Source: an uncultured Candidatus Saccharibacteria bacterium
GTDB taxonomy: Bacteria; Patescibacteriota; Saccharimonadia; Saccharimonadales; CAIOMD01
Assembly (NCBI GenBank): GCA_963716565.1
Contig: OY970318.1
Location: 644,284-708,283, forward strand
Direction of reading: 5' to 3'
Length of the DNA: 64,000 nt
The position numbers and the translations under genes were made by a program. This document shows, piece after piece, positions 28,632 to 37,745 of the stretch (the first letter of the stretch is position 1; each line of letters starts with the position of its first letter). A model generated the notes under the pieces. The model did no database searches, was not told the DNA's origin, and worked only from the letters and a program-made list of their open reading frames with translations.

Positions 28632-29183
28632 TTTCTTGGCTTTCTCAGCATGAATCTTCTGCTCACGCTCTAACACAGCTGCGATATTCTGGTTATCTTT
28701 GCGAAGAATCATATATGGGCCATTAGGGATTGGTCGTGCCTTTATTTCGCCACTACGTATGAGTTTTCGTATTGTCTGAGCATGTAGACCAGATTTCCAC
28801 GATAGGGTGGAGTCTGTGATGCATTTCTTATGATCCCAGTCACCACATAGTGATCCTGGAATTTTGCGTTTATTTACTGCATCTTGGCAATTCATACATT
28901 TGAAGCCCCATTTGTCGTACCAGCCATCGCCCTCATAGACACTTCGGCCACAGAGTGAACAATTACGACCTTTACCTTCGAGCGCAAAACCCTTTGGCTC
29001 GGTTTCGAGCTGCTTTTTTAAAGCACGTTTTGCCATATCCATTTCAACTAAGACATCTACAAAACCTACGAGATTTCTAGCAGCTTCTTCATATTCAGCA
29101 TCTGTTTCATATTTAATGCCTTTTTCGTCACATAGTGCCCTAAACTCCTTCAGGTATTTTTCTGATATCTTGTAATATTTCAT
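28626..29183 (-). CDS. zinc-ribbon + C-terminal HTH protein (possible excisionase/regulator)
   Basis: Start at ATG 29183 (MKYYKISEKY...) with GAAAGGAA upstream. Has CSLCG...CMNC Cys pairs and a C-terminal LHAQTIRKLIRSGEIKA HTH-like segment. Confidence 0.5.
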   Translation of the reverse strand: MKYYKISEKYLKEFRALCDEKGIKYETDAEYEEAARNLVGFVDVLVEMDMAKRALKKQLETEPKGFALEGKGRNCSLCGRSVYEGDGWYDKWGFKCMNCQDAVNKRKIPGSLCGDWDHKKCITDSTLSWKSGLHAQTIRKLIRSGEIKARPIPNGPYMILRKDNQNIAAVLEREQKIHAEKAKKL

Positions 29184-29319
29184 CTGATTGTTCCTTTCGC
29201 TTCTTTTCTTGATAAATGTCGTAGAGCAGTGCCGCAAATGCCAGAGCATCACGTTCCATAAGCTCTTTGCGTGTTAGTGTGTGCGACTTTTGTTTGAGCT
29301 TTTTAGATTTGTATGCCAT
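29140..29319 (-). CDS. small ORF (59 aa) not in the supplied ORF track
   Basis: ATG 29319 is preceded by GGAGG with a 6-nt spacer. Translation is MAYKSKKLKQKSHTLTRKELMERDALAFAALLYDIYQEKKRKEQSDEILQDIRKIPEGV. Overlaps the next gene's start. Confidence 0.35.
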   Translation of the reverse strand: MAYKSKKLKQKSHTLTRKELMERDALAFAALLYDIYQEKKRKEQSDEILQDIRKIPEGV

Positions 29320-29573
29320 AAATAACCTCCGTTATCCAATAAAAATGAGACACTTTTCACTATAGGCGTGCAGTGTCCCATTTGTCTCGTTTTTTGCCCC
29401 ATAACACTGTAGAATGGTTCATGACCGGTATGCGGAGCCAAGAATTAAGAAGGTCAGATTTATCTGGCCTTTTTAATTCTTAGATTCTCGAAGAGAATCG
29501 GCTAGAACCGGATTGCCCGTAGGGCCGGTTCGTGAAGCGATTAGCGGAGATAACGAGCGAAGCAAAGTGCTCT

Positions 29574-29589
29574 CGGCCTCCGGAGCCAA
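29574..29589 (+). repeat. attR-like direct repeat (copy of tRNA-Asn 3' end)
   Basis: CGGCCTCCGGAGCCAA is identical to 16910-16925. A T-arm fragment GCCGGTTCG lies at 29524-32, separated from the repeat by ~40 unrelated nt. Confidence 0.7.
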
Positions 29590-29592
29590 CTA

Positions 29593-30687
29593 CTAAAGTT
29601 GCTTGAGCAGATTTAGCAATTGTGTCGCGACGTACACATTATTAAACTTTAATGCTTGTTCGCGATTGTGTTTGAGCGAATCTATATACGACCTATCGTT
29701 GATTACTTTGCAAATCTGGGCTGCAGCTTCGGCAAAGTCAACTGACTCAATATCGCCAGTCGCTTTGTTGTAGGGAGCTTTAATAACTTCGAGTCCTTCT
29801 ATCTTTTCTGACCCGTTCATCTCGATAATTACTGGGTAGCTTGCGCCTAAATGTAGCGACCCCGAACTTTCACCTGTGCGCACTTTATTGCCATAAAAGT
29901 ACATTTGGGTATTAAAAGTGATTGCCATGTCCTTGGGCTGTTGGTTCTGGGCGTCAACTAGGATGATGTTTTGGCCGTCAACAACTGCGTCAGTATCGGC
30001 AGTATGAGCGTCGCGAAATTCAACATCAACATCTGGGAACAACTGTGCGAATTCTGCTTGAAGCTTATCAATGCCTAGTTCGCTAGCAGGCTTGCCGCCT
30101 AAATACCCTACAACTGTTGCATTGCCAGAACCCTGTTTAAATACCTCACCAATTACTTCTAGAGTATGAGTAGTTGCCCGCATGTCGCCCCATGTAGTGT
30201 GCGTACCAACAACAATTACTTCAGGCTCAGGGTTGAATGGTTCCTTGTCGATATCAAAGAAACCGTGAGGCACAACTTTCTTTACGGCTCTTGGCACATC
30301 GTAGAAGTCATCATCTATGTGCATATCGCCAAGAAAAACTAATCCAAGCTGTCTTGGGCTGTCGGCTAGTAAGTTGTGCAACTCGGGTAGGCGATCTTGG
30401 ATTTCATCTGGTCGGTGTAAGAGCACTACAACCGGACTATCCGGGTTTTCGGTGAGTTCTTTACTTAAAGATTCCATAATGGTTTCGTCATCAGCCCTTG
30501 CATCGGCATTGCCATGAATCTGGAATATTGTACCCCTAGGGGCTTCATTACCGGCTTCTGCAAGCTTTCTAAAACCAGCGGCAAGCATGCCTTCGGTATA
30601 TCGCTCTAAAGTTGCTGCCCCATAAATTTTTATTTCTTTGCTCGAAGAGAGCAGGCGCTCCTTTGAAGTAGGATATGCATCCATCAT
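29593..30687 (-). CDS. hypothetical protein (acidic, 364 aa)
   Basis: Long ORF whose stop lies 4 nt from the att-like repeat. No family recognised. Confidence 0.5.
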   Translation of the reverse strand: MMDAYPTSKERLLSSSKEIKIYGAATLERYTEGMLAAGFRKLAEAGNEAPRGTIFQIHGNADARADDETIMESLSKELTENPDSPVVVLLHRPDEIQDRLPELHNLLADSPRQLGLVFLGDMHIDDDFYDVPRAVKKVVPHGFFDIDKEPFNPEPEVIVVGTHTTWGDMRATTHTLEVIGEVFKQGSGNATVVGYLGGKPASELGIDKLQAEFAQLFPDVDVEFRDAHTADTDAVVDGQNIILVDAQNQQPKDMAITFNTQMYFYGNKVRTGESSGSLHLGASYPVIIEMNGSEKIEGLEVIKAPYNKATGDIESVDFAEAAAQICKVINDRSYIDSLKHNREQALKFNNVYVATQLLNLLKQL

Positions 30688-30757
30688 GCTTGCATGATAG
30701 CAAGATTATTATTTAGCATCAACCAGTTCTCGTTTATAGATTTGCTATTATTAATTT

Positions 30758-32362
30758 GTGATATTACTGCGTGTTTGGCAAAAGTTTACTGCAATAATTA
30801 AACTTATATGGCGGTACAAAAAATATTGGCTGTCGGCCATCTTGCTGATTGTGCTAGCCGGTTTGATTTGGCTGTTGTGGTTCTGGCAATCGGGTGGCTT
30901 ACTATGGCGAGGCACAACTTATTCTAAAGCTTCTGTATTGGGTGTAAATGTTGGTGGATTGGATGTTCTTCAGCTTAATGATCAACTTACACAACTAAAG
31001 ACTGATTTTGAATCTAAAGAAGTTACGCTAGTAAATGGCGAGAATCGTTGGGCTTTTAAGACCACCGATCTTGGCCTAGCCATTGACGAACAGGCTACCG
31101 GGCAAGCCATTTTACGGTTTAATGATTTTAGCCTGACGGATAAATACCGATTGTTAATGGGCCGTATTAGCCCAATAGTTAAACCAGTGGTAATCCTTGA
31201 TAGCACAAAATGCCAAGAGGCTTTAAATGTGATATCGATCCCCCCAGTTGTACCAGTAAACGCAACGGTTTATTTTGAAGGGGAGATAAAGTTAACGGCC
31301 GATATCTCGGGCAGCCAATTTAGCCCAGCTTCGAGTTGCCAAAAGCTGCCCGAGCTATTAGCAGACAATTCTTTTACTACAGATGCTTTCTTAGATACAA
31401 CTCCGGCCCCGATTACCAAAGCCGATTTAGAGGCCAAATTATCACAGATCCAGACCCTTGTTGGGCAACCATTAACTCTGACAAAAGATGCTTACAGCCA
31501 GACATTAACGACAGAACAGCTTTTTGCACTCCTAGAAATAACCAAAAATGACTCTGACGTGCAAGTTGGCTGGTCTTCTGCCAAGCTAGATGAGCTTATC
31601 AACGGAATCGCTGCCCAAGTAGATACTTATAATGCCAGCCCAGCACTGGGGAGCTGCCAGTATTTAGCTAGTAGTGGCGGTAATTGGCTAGACAAAGTTG
31701 CCACCAAGCAGATTTTTGAAGGCTTAGCGACTAATGATTCTCGTTCTTATGCCCTACCAATTGCCTATCACGAATCGGTTATTGGTAATCGTACGCCGGT
31801 GGCCGCGGGTAATAACGGCACAGTTTATTTAACTTTCGACGACGGTATGGGTTATGCCAATCAAATTATGAACACTGTCGCCTGCTATGGTGTTAAAGTA
31901 ACCTTTTTTGAACTTGGTTCTAGAGTTGGCGCCGATGCTGCCGCCTTGCAACGGGCAATTGCCGAGGGCCATGCCGTACAAACGCATGGCTATGAGCATG
32001 CCGTAGGTGATTACGGTAAGCGTAGTTACGATTGGCAGTATAACGACATAAGACAATCAATCGATGCGATTACAAGCGTTACTGGCGTGAGGCCAACGTA
32101 TTTTAGGCCACCAGGTGGAAACAAAAGCGCCGATACTTATGCGGCTGCTGCTGCTAATGGAGTCACGGTTATTTTATGGGGAGTTTCATCTATTGACACT
32201 TCGTGGTTTGGTTCGGATGGCATATGCTCTAACGTATTGAATGGCGCCTATGCTGGAGCTAGTGTTTTAATGCATTCCACTAAACAAAAGACTGCCGATG
32301 CCGTACCTTGTATTATCGAAGGGCTAGCGGCTAGGGGTTTTAATATGCAAGCCCTGCGCTAA
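30758..32362 (+). CDS. membrane-anchored polysaccharide deacetylase (CE4/NodB domain)
   Basis: 534 aa. N-terminal TM helix and a C-terminal NodB pattern (LTFDDG, HGYEH, YFRPPGG). Confidence 0.8.
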   Translation: MILLRVWQKFTAIIKLIWRYKKYWLSAILLIVLAGLIWLLWFWQSGGLLWRGTTYSKASVLGVNVGGLDVLQLNDQLTQLKTDFESKEVTLVNGENRWAFKTTDLGLAIDEQATGQAILRFNDFSLTDKYRLLMGRISPIVKPVVILDSTKCQEALNVISIPPVVPVNATVYFEGEIKLTADISGSQFSPASSCQKLPELLADNSFTTDAFLDTTPAPITKADLEAKLSQIQTLVGQPLTLTKDAYSQTLTTEQLFALLEITKNDSDVQVGWSSAKLDELINGIAAQVDTYNASPALGSCQYLASSGGNWLDKVATKQIFEGLATNDSRSYALPIAYHESVIGNRTPVAAGNNGTVYLTFDDGMGYANQIMNTVACYGVKVTFFELGSRVGADAAALQRAIAEGHAVQTHGYEHAVGDYGKRSYDWQYNDIRQSIDAITSVTGVRPTYFRPPGGNKSADTYAAAAANGVTVILWGVSSIDTSWFGSDGICSNVLNGAYAGASVLMHSTKQKTADAVPCIIEGLAARGFNMQALR

Positions 32363-32431
32363 TTCTAGTTATCAAACGGGCAAATGTTGGTATCTGGTAT
32401 AATCTGCTAGACATTACTAGGGGAATTTAAG

Positions 32432-33298
32432 TTGCTAAAGATAAACGGTAAAAAAGTTAATGGTAAGATTTTTAACACTAAGAACAGCTTATTCTGTTTG
32501 CTTGCTGTTTTTAGTTCTATAAAGAATACAAAAGCTGTATTTTATTCGTTACGCAGAGCCGTAATTGACTGGGGAGTACCGCACTGGAAATATAAAAATG
32601 GGCCGATAGACGTAATCCTAAAAGTAGATGACGAGATGCCGCTAAAAGAATGCACTGGTGTTTATATGTCCTACCTTGTTTATCCGGCAGGAGTAGTCGG
32701 TTTTATTAACCGAGAGTTTGGCCGCCGCAAAGCAAGAGAAGATACTACAAAATTCTTTAACGACTTCGCAAATTTATACATTACCTCGGGAACAGTTTAT
32801 AGGCACACACAAACGACGATGATAAAGCCTGAGGGCGGTGGCTTGGCGATTAGGATTATTAAAAAATTAGTTCCACCCAACTGTATGTTCCCGAGCTTGC
32901 ACGTACAAATAACTTGTCATGCGTTATTTAATGCTGATAGGGTCATCAAAAAATATACCAATGGTAAAGACTACCGACAGTATCAACATTGGCTACACAG
33001 TCAAGCGGTTGATATTATTGAATCTTGCTTAATATCTAAACAGCATGCTTTGGCGGATATTTCGGCCGGTTTTTTTGCTTATGGTGCAGTAACTGAGGGC
33101 TTCAAAGAAAGCGGTATGGTAGAAAGTATTATTAAAGACATGTTCAAAAAGTTAGAAAAAACCGGTGAGATGTCTAAAGAATCTGCGAATAAAGCGAGAA
33201 AAGGCATAGAGCAAATTTACAAAGAATTATTTACGGCCTACAAAAATAGCAACAAAGAACATACTCAAATATTGCTAGATTATATTAATAAGCTGTAA
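32432..33298 (+). CDS. PAP2-like phosphatase superfamily protein (tentative)
   Basis: 288 aa. FPSLHV and SKQHALADISAG resemble PAP2 motifs C2/C3. TTG start. Confidence 0.4.
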   Translation: MLKINGKKVNGKIFNTKNSLFCLLAVFSSIKNTKAVFYSLRRAVIDWGVPHWKYKNGPIDVILKVDDEMPLKECTGVYMSYLVYPAGVVGFINREFGRRKAREDTTKFFNDFANLYITSGTVYRHTQTTMIKPEGGGLAIRIIKKLVPPNCMFPSLHVQITCHALFNADRVIKKYTNGKDYRQYQHWLHSQAVDIIESCLISKQHALADISAGFFAYGAVTEGFKESGMVESIIKDMFKKLEKTGEMSKESANKARKGIEQIYKELFTAYKNSNKEHTQILLDYINKL

Positions 33299-33318
33299 CT
33301 AGTTATTAAGTTGAAAAA

Positions 33319-34341
33319 TTATCTGCCGCTAAAAGAGGCAGAATCGATTAATCCATTGCCAGAGTTATAAACATAGATTTCGGCTCGGTTAGAATAAATG
33401 TAGCCTAGCATATAACCCAAAGAAGGCTGGCCGGTGCCAACAAAATAATATACTCCGTTAATTTGGGCTTTTTGGAAAGAGTGCCAATGTCCTTGTATTA
33501 CAAAGTCGACTCCGTAGCTAGTGAACAAATTAGCTAAATCGCCAACGCCATTAACGGGGTAGTGAAAAATTACGCCCGTAATTCGCTGTTGCGAGGCAGC
33601 ACTTTGTAAATCGGCTGCCAGCCAGTTGTATTGTTCTGAGCCAGCGGCGACAGACGAAGCATAATTATCTAAAACTACCATATGTAAGTTGCCGGTATTA
33701 ATCGAAAACCAATGTTCGTTGCCTGGGTAGCTAAAATTATCAAAATAAACGCTAGAATCTCTTTCGTTATTACCTTGGGCAGAATAAAAATTACGGGTAG
33801 CCCTTAAAGTGGAGGTGACGTTGTTAAAGCGGTTTAAACTATCTGCCGTGCCATCTTCTAGTAGATCACCGGCATGAAAAACGGTATAGGCCGCAGTGCC
33901 AAGAATGTAGTTAACGACCGTTTGATGGTAGGTGTCTTCGGCGTCGGTGTCGGATTGTGAATCGCCATAAAAAGCTACCACGGTTGGAGTTTCGGGTGCT
34001 GGTGTAGGAGTAGCTACTGGAGTAGTTAAAGGTGTTGGCGTGGGTGTCGTTTGGGTGCCCAAAGAGCCGCCACCAGAAGATTGATTGTTGCCAGTGGATT
34101 GGCTGCTTTGAGCATCCGTTTGGCTGCCCACAGAACTATTTGTTATTAAATCTTCAACGGTAGTGCCGGGCTCTAGGTACAATTCCGTAACGTAGGATTT
34201 GGGCAAAACCTTAAAACAATAAAGCCAGGCAAAAGTCGTAATTCCTATAAGCAAAACCGCGAAAACCGCATAAAAGAGCTGGTTCTTTTTTAGATGTTCT
34301 AGCAAGCGTTTAAAAACCGTTTTGGTTTTAAATTTGTTCAC
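33319..34341 (-). CDS. membrane-anchored metallophosphoesterase
   Basis: 340 aa. TM helix, PT-rich linker, then calcineurin-like motifs (GDSQSD, GDLLEDG, GNNE, GHWH). Confidence 0.8.
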   Translation of the reverse strand: MNKFKTKTVFKRLLEHLKKNQLFYAVFAVLLIGITTFAWLYCFKVLPKSYVTELYLEPGTTVEDLITNSSVGSQTDAQSSQSTGNNQSSGGGSLGTQTTPTPTPLTTPVATPTPAPETPTVVAFYGDSQSDTDAEDTYHQTVVNYILGTAAYTVFHAGDLLEDGTADSLNRFNNVTSTLRATRNFYSAQGNNERDSSVYFDNFSYPGNEHWFSINTGNLHMVVLDNYASSVAAGSEQYNWLAADLQSAASQQRITGVIFHYPVNGVGDLANLFTSYGVDFVIQGHWHSFQKAQINGVYYFVGTGQPSLGYMLGYIYSNRAEIYVYNSGNGLIDSASFSGR

Positions 34342-34361
34342 CTCAATATTATAACTGTTTA

Positions 34362-35006
34362 TTGCTTATGTTTGTTAGTCGACCCCAACGCTGTTATGAT
34401 TGGGTGATGACAGAGAAGTTATTTAGTGAAGAGCTAGAGCTCTGGATAAAGAGCAAAAAGCCCAAAACTTTAGCTAGCATAAACGAAGTATTTGGCGAAA
34501 AGAGCTTCGCAATAATCTTCTTTATTCTAATGTGCTTTCCGGCTCTACCTTTACCAACTGGCGGCGTAACCCACATTTTTGAAATTATTGTGATGCTTCT
34601 ATCTTTAGAACTAATTATTGGCCACAGGTCTATTTGGCTGCCTCAAAAATGGCAACATGCTAGTATTGGTCGCACCGCCGAACAGAAAGTAGTCCCTTTT
34701 ATTTATAGGCGACTCAAATGGTTCGAAAAACATTCAAAATCTAGCAGGCATGACCTTATGCAAAATAGAGGCGTACTAAGATTGTGCGGCCTGATGATTT
34801 TTATATTTACGCTGACTGCTTTTATTGCTCCGCCATTTTCTGGGCTAGACACGATACCTTCTTTGGGCGTAGTTGCTATTGCCCTGTCGCTAATTTTAAA
34901 TGACATTAGACTTTTTATAATCGGTAATGTTGCTGGCTGCTTGGGTATATTAGTAGTAGTTGGCTTGGGCAAAATTATCGTTGAGCTAGTACAAAAAGCT
35001 TTTTAA
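34362..35006 (+). CDS. exopolysaccharide synthesis ExoD family membrane protein
   Basis: ExoD-like pattern FGEKSFAIIFFILMCFPALPLPTGGVTHIFE.... The start is uncertain (TTG 34362, ATG 34368 or 34407). Confidence 0.7.
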   Translation: MLMFVSRPQRCYDWVMTEKLFSEELELWIKSKKPKTLASINEVFGEKSFAIIFFILMCFPALPLPTGGVTHIFEIIVMLLSLELIIGHRSIWLPQKWQHASIGRTAEQKVVPFIYRRLKWFEKHSKSSRHDLMQNRGVLRLCGLMIFIFTLTAFIAPPFSGLDTIPSLGVVAIALSLILNDIRLFIIGNVAGCLGILVVVGLGKIIVELVQKAF

Positions 35007-35013
35007 TAAAAAA

Positions 35014-36225
35014 GTGAAGAAGTTTCACCTCCCAAAAAATAGTAAAAGAATCAAGCCATTTTTGATAATTGTCGCTTTAACATTAAGTCTGCCTGCCGGC
35101 TATTTTGCCTGGCGGTATTTAGACAACGCTAGTCTGCTAAATATTTCAGTCGGTAATCTATCAAGCTCCAAGCCCAAGCTCGAAACCGATAGAACCGCTA
35201 GGCTAATGGCGGTGGGTGACATGTTAATACACGATGATGTTTATGACGATTTTCGTATTAATAACGGCGACACTTTTGACTTTAGGCCAGCTTTTACTGA
35301 CGTCAAACCAATAATCCAACAGGGCGACTTTAATATTGTTAACGAAGAAACGATACTGGGCGGAGTGGATCTGGGACTAAGCGGTTTGTATGTTGCGAAT
35401 AGTCCGCAAGAACTAGGCGACGCTTTTATTGATACCGGTTTTAACATTATTCAATTAGCGAATAACCATGCTTATGACAGAGGCTTGGCTGGTATGACTA
35501 ATACTCTGAGTTTTTGGCAGCAGCATCAGCAAGAAGCGATAACGTCTGGAGTTTACGATAGCCAAGAAACCCGAGATGCAACGCCAGTTATTGAAAAGAA
35601 CGGCATTAAGCTGGCATTTTTAAGCTATACCTTTGGTAGCAATCGTGGCAGCGGCCCCAATTCATTTAATCTTAATATTATCAATAAGGAGCTAATTCGC
35701 TCTGACGTTGAAAGGGCAAAGAGCGTAGCCGATGTAATCGTTGTAGGCTTGCATTGGGGTGTCGAAAAAGATAGAGAGCCCTCTAGCGAACAACGTGAAC
35801 TAGCTCAATTCTTGGCTAGCATTGGTGTTGATATTATCTTTGGAACTCATCCGCATGTTCTGCAACCGCCAGAATGGATTGTAGGGAGTGATAACCACAA
35901 GACTTTCGTGATGTACTCGCTTGGCAATTTTTTATCTATACACACCGAAGACCCGCTCTATACGCTAACTGGCGCCATTATGGGTTTGGACATAGTAAAG
36001 AGTGCGAACGGCGAAATTAATTTAAGAGACCCTTTTGCAGTGCTGACTTGGAATTACTTCACAGCTGCCGAAACTAATTTTAAGGTTATGCCCTTTGATA
36101 CGGTAACCCAGGCAGACTTTTGGTGGGGTGATTGGGCTGGCCATAAAGTAAATATGGAAACTTTTATTACCCAAAAAATACCAGATTTACAAATCCTTGG
36201 TTTAAAAGATTTTAAGACTTTATAA
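35014..36225 (+). CDS. CapA family (PGA_cap) metallophosphatase-like protein
   Basis: 403 aa. N-terminal TM helix with MAVGDMLIHDD, ANNHAYDRG, GLHWGVE and THPH motifs. Confidence 0.8.
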   Translation: MKKFHLPKNSKRIKPFLIIVALTLSLPAGYFAWRYLDNASLLNISVGNLSSSKPKLETDRTARLMAVGDMLIHDDVYDDFRINNGDTFDFRPAFTDVKPIIQQGDFNIVNEETILGGVDLGLSGLYVANSPQELGDAFIDTGFNIIQLANNHAYDRGLAGMTNTLSFWQQHQQEAITSGVYDSQETRDATPVIEKNGIKLAFLSYTFGSNRGSGPNSFNLNIINKELIRSDVERAKSVADVIVVGLHWGVEKDREPSSEQRELAQFLASIGVDIIFGTHPHVLQPPEWIVGSDNHKTFVMYSLGNFLSIHTEDPLYTLTGAIMGLDIVKSANGEINLRDPFAVLTWNYFTAAETNFKVMPFDTVTQADFWWGDWAGHKVNMETFITQKIPDLQILGLKDFKTL

Positions 36226-36227
36226 AC

Positions 36228-36947
36228 TTACAGTAATAACTCGTAGCTGCCGGTTATAAAGATACCGTTGATATCGCCATCTTCGTTGATACAGAACGAT
36301 ACAACATAGCCGTCGGACGACTGGCCAACTAAGTGTGGGTGAGTATCTTCATCTACATAAACGTCAGATACTGTGAAGTAGTCGCCATACCAACCGGCTG
36401 CATAGCTAGCTAGTGTAGCGGCATCTAAGTTGAAGTCCCATGTTCCTATTGCTCCAGATAGGTAGTCTAAATCGGCTATGGCTTCTGCGGGGGTTCTGTC
36501 GCCGGCATATTCGGTAGCCGCATAAATTACATAAACCGAGTCGGCCATATAGCCTTCTAGTGCAGCGGTGTTCATGGTATCGATAGCAGCCGCAACGTTT
36601 TCGGCCATTGTTTCTGAAACTAGCGGTGTGGCGGTTGGCGTTGGTGTTGGAGTAGGGTCGCTGTCGTCTAGACCGAGCAGCCTATTTAGACGCGATACAT
36701 TCTTTTTAGAAGTAGCTAACTCATCTTGTAGGCTGGTAACTCGAGCGGACTGCTCTTTGTTTGAGTTATTTTTTTCAAAATACTGCCAACCCAAAAACCC
36801 AGTGCTAGCCGCCAAAACTACAACTGCGGTCGACAGCCCTACCACTAAGCCGCTAGCTTTTGCTTTTGGTTTAGGAGCAACAGTTTTTTCGGCCTCAACC
36901 ACTTCCTTCTTTTCTTCTTTTACACTTTCTTTCTTAACTTCTTCCAT
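36228..36947 (-). CDS. membrane-anchored hypothetical protein with PTPTPT linker
   Basis: 239 aa. Lys/Glu-rich N-terminus, TM helix, coiled segment, DPTPTPTPTATP linker, acidic C-terminal domain. Confidence 0.6.
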   Translation of the reverse strand: MEEVKKESVKEEKKEVVEAEKTVAPKPKAKASGLVVGLSTAVVVLAASTGFLGWQYFEKNNSNKEQSARVTSLQDELATSKKNVSRLNRLLGLDDSDPTPTPTPTATPLVSETMAENVAAAIDTMNTAALEGYMADSVYVIYAATEYAGDRTPAEAIADLDYLSGAIGTWDFNLDAATLASYAAGWYGDYFTVSDVYVDEDTHPHLVGQSSDGYVVSFCINEDGDINGIFITGSYELLL

Positions 36948-37159
36948 AAAATCCTCCCTTTGCTTAAGATTATAACCTTAAACGCTTTAAAAATCGAAAT
37001 TAGTAAACTTAAAGGCAGCCGATACGCCTGGCATGATCAAGGTATGCATGACATAGGCCAGCGTTCGCAATGAAAGGGGGCTACAGCTTTTTGATTGATG
37101 TAGTAAATACTTTTGAAACTCACTAAAAAAGCTTTATGATGAGACTATTAACAATTTAA

Positions 37160-37258
37160 GTAGCTTGTTTAAGTAGTGGAATCACGTGTGAATCGTGAGC
37201 TGTGCCGCAACTGTAAGGGAGTTTTAACTCTCAAGCCAGATACGCCTAAGCAAGAAAA
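37160..37258 (+). promoter_or_regulatory. cobalamin riboswitch (short class lacking the peripheral extension)
   Basis: GTGGAA..CGTGTGAATCG..GCTGTGCCGCAACTGTAAGGG matches the conserved core (GGGAA..GGTGnnAAnCC..GCnGnnCCCGCnACTGTAA). AAGCCAGATACGCCT is a B12-box-like element. P1 pairs 37164-73 with 37245-54. Confidence 0.75.
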
Positions 37259-37286
37259 TTTTCCGAGCAGAAAAATGGTGTTTTTG

Positions 37287-37314
37287 AAAACTACCGCTTG
37301 GAGGTAGTTTTTTA
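37287..37314 (+). terminator. riboswitch expression-platform terminator
   Basis: AAAACTACC-gcttgga-GGTAGTTTT followed by a T-run. AAAGGAGG and the ATG at 37350 lie downstream. Confidence 0.7.
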
Positions 37315-37349
37315 TTTGCCAAATTTCTTTTTACGGAAAGGAGGCTAAT

Positions 37350-37745
37350 ATGCAGAAAAAAATATTAATTGCAATCATTACGACGGTTGTTTTGGGGGCT
37401 TGTGGCTGGGGTTTATATGGCATCACTAATAATGCCAATGTTGTCCAGTCGCCGGCTCAGGCTGAAGATGCAACCCTCACAAGCGGTATTCAAATATCGC
37501 CCGATGGCAAGTTGGTTGCTTATGATGGCGTTGCCGGCGAAACAGCCTTGGCAACCCTTAAAAAGCTAACATCTGCCGAAGCTACTCCCGAAGGATTCGT
37601 AACATCAATTAATGGGCTTGTTGCGGACGACTCTAAGAGCGAATTCTGGGCCTTTTACGTAAATGGCCAGCAGGCAGCAGTTGGTGCTGGCGACTATAAT
37701 TCGATTGCCGGTGATAAAATCGAATGGAAGCTGGAGAGCTTTTAA
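37350..37745 (+). CDS. DUF4430 (transcobalamin-like) lipoprotein/secreted B12-binding protein candidate
   Basis: 131 aa. Signal/TM with Cys (LGAC), and a C-terminal pattern GFVTSINGL...FWAFYVNG...G...Y....GD.IEWK typical of DUF4430. Confidence 0.7.
   Translation: MQKKILIAIITTVVLGACGWGLYGITNNANVVQSPAQAEDATLTSGIQISPDGKLVAYDGVAGETALATLKKLTSAEATPEGFVTSINGLVADDSKSEFWAFYVNGQQAAVGAGDYNSIAGDKIEWKLESF

Larger units (their letters stand above)
16926..29589. mobile_element. tRNA-Asn-associated integrated genomic island (~12.7 kb; recombinase + R-M + ParB-MTase + orphan genes)
   Basis: Starts directly 3' of an intact tRNA and ends at a 16-nt perfect copy of the tRNA 3' end, which is preceded by a 9-nt T-arm match (GCCGGTTCG, 29524-32). 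Contains a serine recombinase, MTases and phage-like small genes. Confidence 0.65.

Noticed and set aside
29433-29441. Third att-like copy (CGGAGCCAA) suggesting nested islands
   Set aside because: This is only a 9-nt match. Roughly one such match is expected by chance in 2 x 64 kb.
36568-36975. 135-aa + strand ORF antisense to 36228-36947
   Set aside because: The translation is repetitive and low-complexity. The minus-strand ORF has the coherent TM-linker-domain architecture.
37016-37031. Second B12-box-like string (AGCCGATACGCCTGGC) suggesting tandem cobalamin riboswitches
   Set aside because: The ~70 nt upstream contain none of the conserved cobalamin core (no GGGAA / CCGCAACTG elements). 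It shares only a 9-mer with the real B12 box.
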